Of a DNA stretch of 64,000 nt, positions 50,000-62,900 are shown one piece after another. Numbering within the stretch: position 1 is the stretch's first letter; each line of letters begins with the position of its first letter. The position numbers and the translations under genes are program-made. The DNA comes from Pocillopora damicornis. Lineage: Eukaryota. The stretch lies in assembly GCF_003704095.1 (NCBI RefSeq), contig NW_020845282.1, positions 124,001 through 188,000 of the forward strand, written 5' to 3'. The notes under the pieces were generated by a model, which saw only the letters and a list, made by a program, of their open reading frames with translations, ran no database searches and had not been told where the DNA came from.

Positions 50000-51019
50000 A
50001 TGGACTTCCCTTCGAATTACAAACGGCTCCTTTAGGAGCCACCACATGAATAAAAGCAGTAACCAAACTATGAGCCCCCCAACAACCAACTTTAAAGCCC
50101 TAAATATGAAATGAGAAATTTAACTGGCTGAAACTGTTATATCACGTTTGTTTAAAGCGCGCTTAGTGGCAAGATCTGGCCGCAAAGAAATTACAGTTGT
50201 TAGACTTAAATTCGTGGCAAACACTAATTTTCATTATCTTAGATAATCAGAACATACAAATTTTCCACCATTTTGCATTTACATGTATTCCTTCAATGAG
50301 CCACGCTTTTTTTTTTTTAATGCCAACACTATGCAAATCATCAGCCCTTAGTGATAATTTTTGTCGTCTTTTGTTTAGGCCTCCCATATAAAAACTTCAC
50401 TCGTATTCATGAATCATCCATTTGCAATATAAACCACATTTACTTCGTTACACAAATAAAACACACTTCTTATCATGGTTACGCAAAAAGCGGCGAACGT
50501 TGAAGCTTTCGTTCGTCCTTATATTGTCGAATGGGTTTTTGTTGACGTTTAAATCTAATAACGGTCGGCTTTGAATTTGCATCGAAAGGCTCATTTTTTC
50601 GTACACAGGCCTTACTTATGACTCCCTCTTTCCGACCAAAACTATGTGATGAATGTAAACTTGAATTTTGCTTGGTATGTTCGGAAGTCTAGACCTACTA
50701 CCTTGCCTGGGTCATAGAAGTGACTCTCTATCGATCGACAACGAATAGACTAGATCCTCACAAATAATATACTATTTCACATATTTCTGAACTTCACTGA
50801 AGAACGTGTAGAAACCCATCACAGCCTTTACCAAGAAAATTACATCGCTAACTAGTTTACAATGTCTGTTTTGTGAATAAACTTACATTTTGAGGATACA
50901 ACTCTCAAACTTCACTCTANNNNNNNNNNNNNNNNNNNNNNNNNNNNNNNNNNNNNNNNNNNNNNNNNNNNNNNNNNNNNNNNNNNNNNNNNNNNNNNNN
51001 NNNNNNNNNNNNNNNNNNN

Positions 51020-51095
51020 GTTAGACATAACCTCCTGACACAAAACAAACGGCTCCTTTAGGAGCCACCAAATATAAAGAAAGTCATGATCAATT
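51020..51095 (+). other. H4: 3' end of a second histone H4 (coding region in N gap)
   Basis: gttagac...caaaacaaacggctcctttaggagccaccaaat matches the H4 3' end at 46430-46483. Confidence 0.75.
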
Positions 51096-51795
51096 AAGTG
51101 TTTCATTTATGACGCGAATTAAATCGCATATATAACTCGCTCTTTGATAATTTGGAAAATACTCCAATACTTCTCTTGTACCATCCCTATTTGGCTTTTG
51201 TTAGAGCCATAGATCGATACTCCTCTTGGAAGTGCGTTACCTTTTTCAAATACTCGCGGGTCACGGCTGAAAAATTTAGCGCTCAAACAATCCCCCCATT
51301 TTCGCGTTCTTTGTCAAAACACTCAGAGAGACAGATATTTTTAAAAGGTTACGCTTCTTCTTTCCTTCTAAAGAGAAATCATATAAAATCAGTCGATCTT
51401 TTAAGCTTCCAAAAAATTTTTATTGTATATTTTGTAACCCTGAAAATGGCGCGACTTTTGAGCCTGCTAATGATTGAGGTGCGGGAGCCGAAATCGTTCG
51501 AGGCAATGAAATTCCAAACCATGATTTCCTTTTTATTTATTTATAAGCAAAATTTCACTGATCTTTTAAGCGTACATTTAAACGAACCCAGTAATAAACT
51601 TGATTTTTCCCTCATCCAAATTCAAGGGCTCTAAAAATACCAGCCCGTTAGCGGAAACTAGCGCGTAAAAGTATCGAAGTGATATTATATTTGATTTTGT
51701 TGTTGTTGAATAGGTTAGCGACTTGTCTCGTTGGTCAAGACTTTTGTATTATGTGGTGGCTCCTAAAAGAGCCGTTTTTTAAGGTTGAAGTTGAT

Positions 51796-52176
51796 TTAAG
51801 CCTTAGGTTTTTTCTCGGTCTTCTTGGGCAGAAGCACAGCCTGGATGTTCGGAAGAACACCTCCTTGTGCAATGGTGACACCAGCCAGCAGTTTGTTCAA
51901 CTCTTCGTCATTACGCACAGCCAGCTGAAGGTGACGGGGAATGATTCTTGTCTTCTTGTTGTCACGAGCAGCGTTGCCCGCCAACTCAAGAATCTCAGCG
52001 CTCAAATATTCAAGCACAGCAGCCAAGTACACTGGAGCACCGGCACCAACTCGCTCAGCGTAATTGCCTTTGCGGAGAAGACGGTGGATTCGACCTACAG
52101 GAAATTGAAGCCCTGCTCGTGATGAGCGGCTCTTGGACTTGGTGCCCTTAGCTTTACCTTTACCGCGACCAGACAT
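51796..52176 (-). CDS. H2A: Histone H2A (quintet 2)
   Basis: Full 126-aa ORF; stem-loop at 51758-51773. Confidence 0.99.
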   Translation of the reverse strand: MSGRGKGKAKGTKSKSRSSRAGLQFPVGRIHRLLRKGNYAERVGAGAPVYLAAVLEYLSAEILELAGNAARDNKKTRIIPRHLQLAVRNDEELNKLLAGVTIAQGGVLPNIQAVLLPKKTEKKPKA

Positions 52177-52480
52177 GTTAACTATGATATGATTTCACTG
52201 AAAATGATGGGATTACACATAATCCTGTCATTTATGGTTCGTTTGTTATGCAAGATGGATCGAAAAGCACCAATCAATTTTAAGTATGTTGTGGTTTTTA
52301 AAATTTCTTAATACTGGCATAGAAAGAATGACAATACTAATTGACCCCAGGGTCAGCGTAGAAATTAGCCAATCATTTATCGAGAATTTCGATCCGTATG
52401 GTAATAGATCCTCTTACAATTCTGTTATAAATACAAGACGAGTTGCGCTGTGAACTTATTCATCTTTGTGATTTACCAAG

Positions 52481-52852
52481 ATGCCAGCCAAAGTTGCAGG
52501 AAAGAAAGGCGAGAAAAAAGCCGGAAAGGCCAAAGCCATTACTGATGGAAAGAAGAAGAGGAGAGGAAAGAGAAGGGAAAGCTATGCTATCTACATCTAC
52601 AAGGTGTTGAAGCAAGTTCACCCTGACACTGGTATCTCCAGCAAAGCCATGGGCATCATGAACTCGTTCGTCAACGACATCTTCGAGCGCATCGCCACGG
52701 AATCTTCTCGCCTTGCCCACTACAACAAAAAGTCGACCATCAGCTCTCGCGAGATCCAGACTGCTATCAGGCTGCTTTTGCCCGGTGAACTGGCTAAACA
52801 CGCCGTGAGTGAAGGAACTAAGGCCGTAACCAAGTACACCAGCAGCAAGTAA
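52481..52852 (+). CDS. H2B: Histone H2B (quintet 2)
   Basis: Full 123-aa ORF; stem-loop at 52885-52900. Confidence 0.99.
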   Translation: MPAKVAGKKGEKKAGKAKAITDGKKKRRGKRRESYAIYIYKVLKQVHPDTGISSKAMGIMNSFVNDIFERIATESSRLAHYNKKSTISSREIQTAIRLLLPGELAKHAVSEGTKAVTKYTSSK

Positions 52853-55393
52853 ACTAACTTTGTGGGTTTTCCGCCAAAACAAACGGCTCTTTTAGGAGCC
52901 ACCACATGATATTAAAGTCAATGATCAACACAGTTTCCAACTGTGTTCGGTTTATTGCTTCTATCTCTTTATCTGTTGGCGCCATTCGCCCTTGCGCAAA
53001 ATATCATCGATCGAGCGCAAATTTGTTTCAGCATGATGCTAACAATCAAATGTGCGCTCGATCGATTTATGTCGGCCATACTTCTCTATAGCACGATTGC
53101 TGTGCCCACAATTAACTTCATAGTCTTCATATATCCCAAAATGATTTGTATCGACATTAAAAAAAAAAGTTTCCCGATAACTTTATTTTCTGCGTGTCAA
53201 ATTAAGTAATGCCTTTTTTCGGAGTCTTCTAAATTCCGCGCAAGCTATGCTGTTTTTTTTCGGTTGCCGTTGAAGCTCAAAGAGCACGAAAAACCTTAAA
53301 GCTACACCAGTACCTATGTGTTGACTGTAGAGATCCCTGCGCGCTGTCAGGAAGGGCCTGTTTTCAATTTAAAACTTTCCCTTTTATGAGTAAACTGCCA
53401 ATGATTTCTACGCAGAAAGGAACTTCTTTCTTGCGTGACTAATAAAAGAGAGCGTGTGTGTCATACAAATGAGAGGTAAACAGGCCGAACCAAGGAGGGC
53501 TGCGCGTTGTCAAATTAAAATGCAATAATTCTATACGTTTAGAAGCTTTCAATTAATGCAGAAGATGTCTTGCGGTAGGTTTCCAGTTTGTGTGCTTTCA
53601 GTCTCCTTCGCAGTCGTTCCTTTGAGACGTCACGTAACGCCCTCCTCTACCACAGAGAACTCCCCAAAAATGGCTGTTAAGGTGAATATAGTGTCCCTGA
53701 TACTAGCTTTTATCAATGGCGGTTTTCAAGCCGCGAATGGCGCAGCCATGAGAGGCGCGAGGATGGAATACACTTTCCTGTTCGCGACTTCATCACTCAA
53801 TTTTCGCGGTTTTGCCGCTCATGGCATTTTAGCTCACCCTAAACCACCAGCTTAGTAGGCTTCTCCAGTTTGTGAGTAAGGTAAAAAGCCTTAAATCCTC
53901 TTTGAACGAAAGAAAACAACGATTCCAAGTCATCGCAGATAAAAGATAAATTCTTGAACACGAAACGCGTTTAACCGCGCAATTTCGCGTAAAGCGTGAC
54001 GAGGGTGTTTTTCCGAACGAAGTATACTGGTAACTAGTTTTAAGAGTAAATTCATCATGGCGGCGCAATTATTTTAGTAAGTGATCGACGGAATCGCTTA
54101 TTTTGGTTCCAAAACAGGAGCAAAAATGAGACTTTAAGTATTGTTTGCTTTCTAGTTCACATTTCTCTCGTTCTCTGGAGTTTGAAGGGAGAAAACTACG
54201 GTACAGCGGCTAGAAAACTCCGAAATGGAAAACACATGTGACATTCAGGTCAAGTATCAGAGGTAACTGAGGTAAGGATAATAAACCTGAAAACTGCCTG
54301 ATGGGCAGATTGTTGCAATTCTGTAGGCATAGTTCCTAGTATTTAACAAGAGACTTAAATATTTTGCATTCTGAGCACGAGCGCTTACCTTTCTAATTAT
54401 TCTACAAAGCATTGTCACTTATACGAACTGAGTTTGCAATTGATGATATAATGCAATAACTTGAAATTTTTATCATTGCATGACCTAAGATATGAAAAAG
54501 TACTCAAAGGAGTGAAAATAGTATAATCTCTAACATCTTAAATTTGAATATTTTGTCTTGGGCTTAAATTGTTCCAAGCCCCCACCCCTGTAAGGGATTG
54601 AAAATTCCAGATGAAGGGCAATGAATTTCCTGACGGTAGGGGTGAAGAGGGGGTGACTTAGGGAATACATTTTTCCGTGGTCTCACATGGTCCCTCTTTG
54701 CTTTTTAACATTTTCCCTTCTACCAGCTGTGGAACAAGGATTATTTACTGTTAGCAATCAAGAACAAGATGTTAAGATACTTTGAGTCTTATCAGCAAAA
54801 GGGACAATGGCTAGCCTTCATGTTAAGAGCCTTGATACCCTAGCTGAAAATAAATTGGCAGGCTTTTTCTTAATTTTTTTTTTACCTCAAAACTTTAACC
54901 CCATCTGTAAAAGGACATATTTACAAAGAAAAAAAACCTCTAACCCTTTACATCCTAACATCAATATGCATATTTTCCATACTGTTTTTTATAAAGTTCC
55001 TAAGTTGTTGAAAAGGAGAATTTGTTCAACAACCGAGAGCTTCTTAAGTTGGTGATCATTATCTATTTTCTTGTGACCTTAACATGTCATTCAGGGATAA
55101 TATCGTAAGGAGAAATTAGATGCTGGTCACTTTTAGGGGTCAAAAGGTAAAGGCATGTGGAAAAAAATACGCCATTAAAACCATTTTTGAGGATAACTTG
55201 GGTGAAAATATTTTGAATATTGATTTTTTCAGTTCAGTGACTGGAGCATGGAAATAAGCCATTTTACATCCTTCCATTTTGATTCTGAAAAAATGGAAAC
55301 TTTGTGAACAGAAATCTTTTCATGACAGTATAAAAATCTATTAGTAACTACTATACATCAATATGCTTAATCTCCATGCTGTTGTGTTTACAG

Positions 55394-55835
55394 GGTGCTG
55401 GCCTGTGGACAAGCCATGGAAGGTGACCTGTGGTGAACAAGCCTTAGAAGGTAGCATGCAGCAGACAAGCCTTCTTAGATGAACTGTGGCAGACAAGCCT
55501 TGGAAGGTGACCTGTCGTGGACAAGCCTTCCAAGGTGACCTGTGGCAATCCTTGGTATGTAGCCTTTGGGCAATCGTTGCCCAAGGTGGCCTGTGGACAA
55601 GTCTTGGTAGGTGGCCAGTGGACTGCGGACAAGCTTGGGAAGGTGGCCTGTAGACATGCCTTGGAAGGCGGCCTGTGGACAAGCCTTGGTAGGTGGCCTG
55701 AACAAACCCTGGTAGGTGGTCTGTGGACTGTGGACAAGCCTTGAAAGGGGGCCTGTGGACAAGCCTTGGAAGGATGCCCCTAGGACATGCCTCGGTAGGT
55801 GGCCTGTGGACACCTTTTCATGGACAGTGGACAAC
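55394..55835. repeat. Degenerate GC-rich ~25-bp tandem repeat (ggtggcctgtggacaagccttggaa)
   Basis: Roughly 15 or more imperfect units are visible directly. Confidence 0.9.
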
Positions 55836-56289
55836 CCTAGATCTGAGATAAGAGTGGTCAGTAGATGACGTTGGAAAACAAGCGAACTTGAAGACCAGCG
55901 AACTAAAAGGCGTGGACAAAATGCTAAAGGTAAATATTTAATTTTTTTTTGTCAACTTCACCAGTTTTAGAGATCAAATAAAAACTTAGAAAATGAACTT
56001 ACTTTCTAAGAAAAATCTTTGTGGCTTTTAACATATCCTACATTTCTGGCTGTTTTGTGGGAGTTTGATTAATGGAGCCACTAGCTTTATTCACATACTC
56101 GTGTACAGAAAATTCACATTGCAGAAGAATGTTCATATCGATTTCAAATGGACTGGACACCTCGCATGGGAGACACAAATATGTTATATTGAAGATAATC
56201 AATTATTACTAAAAGCATATATCGTGCGTATATCGCAGTACTGTTTTGGTTTTCACAGAGCTTAAGTATGTTTCCTCAATCTTGTAATC

Positions 56290-57624
56290 AATTCTTCCGT
56301 CGGTGTCTCGTGCATTTTGAGTTTTCTCTCTTAATCAACAATTACGTTAGTATCTGGCGCATTCTAAGTTTTCTCTGATAATCGATTGTTACGTTAGTAT
56401 GTCGCGCATTCTAAGTTTTCTTTTATAATAGATTGTTCCGTTACTTAGTATCTCGCGCATTCTTAGTTTTCTCTTATAATCAACTGTTACGTTAGTATCT
56501 NNNNNNNNNNNNNNNNNNNNNNNNNNNNNNNNNNNNNNNNNNNNNNNNNNNNNNNNNNNNNNNNNNNNNNNNNNNNNNNNNNNNNNNNNNNNNNNNNNNN
56601 NNNNNNNNNNNNNNNNNNNNNNNNNNNNNNNNNNNNNNNNNNNNNNNNNNNNNNNNNNNNNNNNNNNNNNNNNNNNNNNNNNNNNNNNNNNNNNNNNNNN
56701 NNNNNNNNNNNNNNNNNNNNNNNNNNNNNNNNNNNNNNNNNNNNNNNNNNNNNNNNNNNNNNNNNNNNNNNNNNNNNNNNNNNNNNNNNNNNNNNNNNNN
56801 NNNNNNNNNNNNNNNNNNNNNNNNNNNNNNNNNNNNNNNNNNNNNTTGTATCTCGCGCATTTTAAGTTTTCTCTTGTACTTAACCGTTAAGTTAGTATCT
56901 CGCGCATTCTTAGTCTTCTCTTATAATCGATTGCTACGTTAGTATTACGCGCATTCTAAGTTTTCTCTTATAATCGATTGTTATGTTAGTATCTCGTGCA
57001 TTCTCAATTTTCTCTTATAACCAATTGTTCCGTTAGTATCTCGTGCATTCTCAGTTTTCTCTTATAATCGATTGTTACGTTAGTNNNNNNNNNNNNNNNN
57101 NNNNNNNNNNNNNNNNNNNNNNNNNNNNNNNNNNNNNNNNNNNNNNNNNNNNNNNNNNNNNNNNNNNNNNNNNNNNNNNNNNNNNNNNNNNNNNNNNNNN
57201 NNNNNNNNNNNNNNNNNNNNNNNNNNNNNNNNNNNNNNNNNNNNNNNNNNNNNNNNNNNNNNNNNNNNNNNNNNNNNNNNNNNNNNNNNNNNNNNNNNNN
57301 NNNNNNNNNNNNNNNNNNNNNNNNNNNNNNNNNNNNNNNNNNNNNNNNNNNNNNNNNNNNNNNNNNNNNNNNNNNNNNNNNNNNNNNNNNNNNNNNNNNN
57401 NNNNNNNNNNNNNNNNNNNNNNNNNNNNNNNNNNNNNNNNNNNNNNNNNGTTTTCTCCTATAATCAACTGTTACGTTAGTATCTCGTGCATTTTAAGTTT
57501 TTTCTTATCATCGATTGTTACGTTAGTACCTTGTGCATTCTTAGTTTTCTCTTATAATCGATTGTTACGTTTGTATCTCGCGCATTCTCAGTTTTCTCTT
57601 ATAATCGATTGTTACGTTAGTATC
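56290..57624. repeat. 47-bp minisatellite (gttagtatctcgcgcattctyagttttctcttataatcgattgttac), broken by N gaps
   Basis: 47-bp periodicity, e.g. unit starts at 56891 and 56938. Confidence 0.92.
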
Positions 57625-59369
57625 NNNNNNNNNNNNNNNNNNNNNNNNNNNNNNNNNNNNNNNNNNNNNNNNNNNNNNNNNNNNNNNNNNNNNNNNNNNN
57701 NNNNNNNNNNNNNNNNNNNNNNNNTGATCATTTCCTTTATTCTTGTGACCTTAATGTGTGATTCAGGAGTGATATTGTAAGGAGAAATTAAATTTTAGTC
57801 ACTCTTAGGGTCAAAGGTTTAAAGGAACCTATTAGAAAAGGGAGACTGTGTTTAAACTTTTAGTAATCTGTGAGGCAGCCAGATATGTTGCTCAATCCCT
57901 CAAGAGTTACTAAAAATTAGCAATTTGAATTGACTTAAATGTGAAAAATCTGCTCAGAGAACCATCAACAACTCGATCATCATCATCATCTTTGTATCAA
58001 CTATGATTATTTCCATTGTGTCAAATTCCCATAGAGTGAAAATCTATGAAAAAAATGCTCTTATCTGCTTCTGTATCCTCTCCAAGGTAAGGCTCTTACT
58101 TCATAGGTAGGGATATAAAAAAGTGAAAATTGCTATTTGCCAGAAATACAAAAAAGTATATTTCTTCAAAGTGAAATGTTATGCCTTCAGTTACTTGTAA
58201 AATATTTTACAGATCATTATTTATGTTTTATAATTAATGAAATGAATGTATTTGGTCTCTTTTGGTCTGAAGGTTTTCCATGTGACTGCATACTTCTATT
58301 ATAATTACAAAAACAGTTTTTTAACTTAATAAATTTCTGCTATCAGTAAATTCAGTTTGATTGTTTCTGTGGCTTTATGGCTGCTCATCTCACATGGGAA
58401 ATGATCTATGCCATATACATTCTCTGTTTTTGCCTGTTTTCACTACCAGGAGTGTAAGGCTTAGATATTGTGGACAAATAAAAAATACTTTTTCAATCAA
58501 AGGACCCCCACCTCCCCTAGCTATGCCCTTGAACCTGTTAAAATAAAGATGGTGCTCCAATAGTGATGAAAACCCCTTTAAGGGTAGGTTTAGCTAAAGG
58601 TTTCCTTGTAACTGATCAATCTCAAAGAATATGTGATCATTTTCAAAATAATTTTCATTTCTTGGCTCCTTATGGACATTTTTTGGATCACTCTGTCTGT
58701 GATAACTCCATCCATTTAGTTGAGCGTTCCGCCCGTCCCGGTTGGGGTTTCCTATACCAACCATTACCCATTCCTATTTTACCCTTAGCTCCCACAGATA
58801 TGATTAAAAAGTAATTAACCTCTTGAGGTTTTATTTTATCAACTTCCTTGATTTTAAAACTAAGCATTAGCTTTTAGGGGGATAGACAATCTTTCTTTGG
58901 CGTTTCTGTTGAAATTTCCCTCACATCACTCTTAGTTTCCCTTCTGGATCAACGTGTTTCCTTTTTATCTTCTTCATCGGTCATTCGATTGGTATTTTCG
59001 CTATCAACCACTCCCCTCTTAAATTTCTGCATCCAGAGGTAGGTAATAAATTATTTTTCAAGAAGATATTTTGCTGGATGTTTACAGTTTAAATTTGGTG
59101 TACCAGAGCAAATGCTAGTCGTCAGTGTCTTTCCGAGGAATCAAAGAAGGCGGGAAAAAGGCGGAAGTAGTCCAAGACAAGTCCCATCATGCATAGCAAT
59201 TGTTTGACATGGCGGCCATGTCAAGTGGTCGTGTGGCTCAGTAAGATTACTCAATTCAATCGACTTAATTCTTCTAAAAAGGTTTGTTTCGTATTCTAGT
59301 ACTTAAAATAGTCTTATTACTTCATTTTCAACATTTGTAGACTGAATTTACTCCGTTTTCAGACTGGTG

Positions 59370-59923
59370 ATGGGAAATTTTTTAAGACATCAGGTTCCCG
59401 GCGATGACAATGATTTGTTCGCATTTAACACGGTAAGATTTGCGCGTTTATTTTACTTTACTTTATTTTTTAGTTTAATGCTACCATAAGACTTAGAGAG
59501 ATTTCTCATATACTCTCTTAGACTACTTCAAGGGACAATACCTGGTAAAACTCATCGCCATTTTGAAACCAGGGCACTTCAAGGCTTGTTTATGTAAATT
59601 TATAATGTTAACTCTTTGTCGATTTTTTTTTTGAAAAAAAGCAGTTTTATTTTCTTGTGAAATCCACAATTTATTATAACAAATCAGCTACATTGAGACC
59701 ATTAGCCATAACCTTTCAAATCACCCACTTAATATATCATGGCTGCATGCTTGCTTTTTAAGTTGTATTTATATCAAATGTTATATTGATAATTGACATT
59801 TTATCAAACAGGAATATGAGAACTGGAACATGAAGTGGATCAGCTTCAGCACTCAGGACATGATCATCATCTTCAAAGGGTCGTTGTTTTACTTAATTGC
59901 AATCCAGCCTTTGGGTGAACCAG
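59370..59923 (+). CDS. Possible small spliced gene of unknown function (5' exons)
   Basis: CpG-rich promoter with acatggcgg at ~59207. Exons 59370-59432 (MGNFLRHQVPGDDNDLFAFNT|gtaag) and 59812-59923 (EYENWNMKWISF..PLGEP|gtaaac) join in frame. The continuation is unclear. Confidence 0.35.
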
Positions 59924-62900
59924 GTAAACAAAATTCTTGTTTAAGCCAAGTTCAGTGCTATATTCACCTGAGACATGCACTCTATCTAAAGAACCATGCT
60001 TGATTCTCACTGTGTATTAGAGATGAATTACTCCCCTACATTTTGTATTGGAACATGGGGAGGGAGGGGGGGGGAGGAGGGTTCACTGTAAGCCTGAGCA
60101 TCTCTGTACCAATCTTAGGCTGCTTCATAGTGTCCTTCCACACTCCCCCTACCCCCTCCACCCATGTCTCCCCTTACCCCCTCCACCCATATCTTCCCTT
60201 ACCCCCTCCACTCATGTCCTTAGCTCTGAATGTGACCAATGGTAAGGACTAATTTACCGTGGAAACAAATTCAGCGCTGTAGCCCCTGAGAGAATTTATA
60301 TTGATTGGTTTGTAATTTTTCTTGTAAACAAAATTGTGGGACAACACAAGAACAAACATAGGCATTCGACACAGAGTAGAGACAATATCTTCAGTATAAT
60401 TATAATTTGTGCAATTGGAAAAGAATGCCTTAGAATTTGCAAACTTTCTGATAACAATGTGATTCTCTACCAACTAAATTGTGAATCTTTGAGTGGAAAG
60501 GGGCTTCATCCTGTGATCGCATCAAGAGGTTTTTAGTTGAGATGGCATAGTCTGAGACTTTATTTGAACTTTGTACACTACAGTAGGTAAATTGTGATAC
60601 AACATCAGTTACCTAAAAGTCAATTGAAGAACATGAATGTTGAAATTTCCAATTAGGTTAAGAACTGAAAAAAAGGAATTTAGGTGTAGTTTTTAAAAAG
60701 GTACAGTAACCATGTGACAACCAAAAGAAAGGGAAAGAATTAACAAAGGCACCCTCGATAGTAGCTCCTATTCCCCCAGTTTGCTTTGTTCCTCTTTCTT
60801 GCTGGCTTTTCTCTGGGTTGCTTTTAGTCCAAAAATTGGGAAGGAGAGGTTGATTAAGCAGAGAAGAAAAGACATGACTAAATAATAGCAGGGGTACTGT
60901 TGGGAAAATTTTTTCAAGTTATTTCCTTTGAAATTTTGTGGCTTTGTTGTTATCTTAGCCCTCCATACAATCAGTAGAATCTAATGCATGTTTCTTTAGT
61001 AAATTGCATGTCCAGGTTATTTTATATACAGTCAAACCTTACTAAGGGACAACCTTTTAGAAAATGAAGGATAATGTCGCACTTAAATTTTTCTATAAAG
61101 GCAATTTCTATTTATTAAGTTTCAAATAAAAAAGAACTGTTTAAAAGTAATTGGCCAAAAAAACACTACCAAAATGGTTACATGGTTAAATTGACTTGCA
61201 CTTGGAAATCCTCTTTATTAATACAACTCTTCACCTTAGTTGCTGCAAGATGAAAACAATGCTTTTTTCCTAAAGAAATGCTTGAGTTTGTTACGGAGAC
61301 TTGCTGTTGACATTGACTGGAAACACCATATCAAAAATTTGCATCTTGAGTAGTACTTTGAATTAATGACATCTTTGCAAGTCTGTCGGAAACAGAATAA
61401 TAGCATAGATATCAAATAGCGATTGTGAAATGTTTGTCTGGAAATTTTGTTATTCTTATGTCTGGAAGATTCGTATCTAACCAATCAGCGTTCTTTTTAA
61501 CTAAGGTGTCCCGCAAAGATAAGGAACAATTGTCTGTGATTTATTTAGCTTTCAGTCGAAGTAATCTTTCATATCAGTCGAGTCGAGGAGTTGTGACAGT
61601 TGTGAAACCTAGCGAGAATAGAAGAGGAGAAGAATTAAAATCTAGTGAAGACGAGACAGTGTGGGCTATCCTTACTAATTCCCCACAAGTCGGAGGATAA
61701 GGCTAACAAATCATTGCTTTCAGTGAACTTAGCTGTTAGGAAGAAAACTCGTGCTTACAGTGCAAACACACAGGTTTTGAAAGAGGCACCACTTGCACGA
61801 GACTAAGAAAATTTTGGTATCCTAACTTCAACACTCATCTACAGATAACATGATGTTTGGAAGCTTTCCTTTTTGTTTCTTAGTTCAGAAATCAAACTGT
61901 TTCATTCTTTAATTGTGGGTATGCCTTGTAAAGCAAGAAACTGTTTCATGACAACATTTATTGTTCAGAATAGTGTCTCATGCTGTACAAATGCCTCCAA
62001 ATTACTTTAATTTATGAAGATACATATTGAAAACATTTATTTTGGTCAATCTAAGGTTGTTATCAATGGATGGTTTGACTGTATAATGCAATTTATTTAC
62101 TGTGAACTTAATGCGTTTATTTTCTTAAAGTCTCTCCAGCTTTCCCTCAGTGAACTGAGTTTCAATCATTTTCAAATTACAAAATATCAGCTTTGTTCAA
62201 ATTTATTTTTGTATTTCAGAAAACAAACATTTTTACTATTGCGTGACTGATTGTATCATGTGTTACCAAAACAATGTCACATGTTTGTTATCAAAACGGG
62301 AAGAAAAATTTTACGCAACGTAAACGCAAATCAAAAACTCAAACGTCGCTTTTAAAGGAAATTTTTAAGTCACACATAGACTTGTTAATCTTTTTTCCAA
62401 TATTAGGTCAAATTTTTAGGAAACAAAACTCTTGAAAAATGATTTTTTTCCTCAATTTTAATTATGATTGGTCAGAGTTGCTTTCTTAGGTTGTCGATCG
62501 ACCGAATAATTTTCCGAAGTAACAGGAATTTTTATAAGACTTCCTCCCACTCACAAGTAATTAAGATTAACTGAGGAAAATGGAGGAGTTTTAAGAAGAT
62601 ATACCTGAACTCTTCAGTCCTAAGACAGATTTAATTCCTCTCTATGATTGCGATCTTGAAATCGGGAAAAGGGAAGTTGATTTTACGCAAAATTCTTAAC
62701 ACTAACATAGGAAGATAAATCGATCGGAACGCGCTGGGGGAAGTTAGAGATCAAACATTATAAAAGGACTGAGTTTGTATTCACAGTAAATAATTTTTGA
62801 GGTTTCAATAATACTCTGTGGTACTGTGGATTCTGAAAAAAAGGTTGTTTCTGTTTCAATGTACGCCGTAAACATATCCGAAATTTAATTATCAATGCAA

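Noticed and set aside
49361-50089. 242-aa ORF suggesting an N-terminally extended H1
   Set aside because: It reads through an N gap into antisense H3 sequence.
49913-50919. Apparent inversion of H3 in the second histone quintet
   Set aside because: The H3 fragment sits on a ~1-kb contig bounded by 100-N gaps. Flipping it restores the quintet-1 arrangement, so scaffolding misorientation is the simpler explanation.
55341-55834. Overlapping 75-119 aa ORFs, or a CRISPR-like array
   Set aside because: These are by-products of a degenerate tandem repeat. There are no unique spacers or cas genes, and the context is eukaryotic.
58560-59030. Minus-strand purine-rich, coding-like segment diverging from the 59.2-kb promoter
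   Set aside because: Multiple in-frame stops and no recognisable homology, so a gene or pseudogene call cannot be supported.
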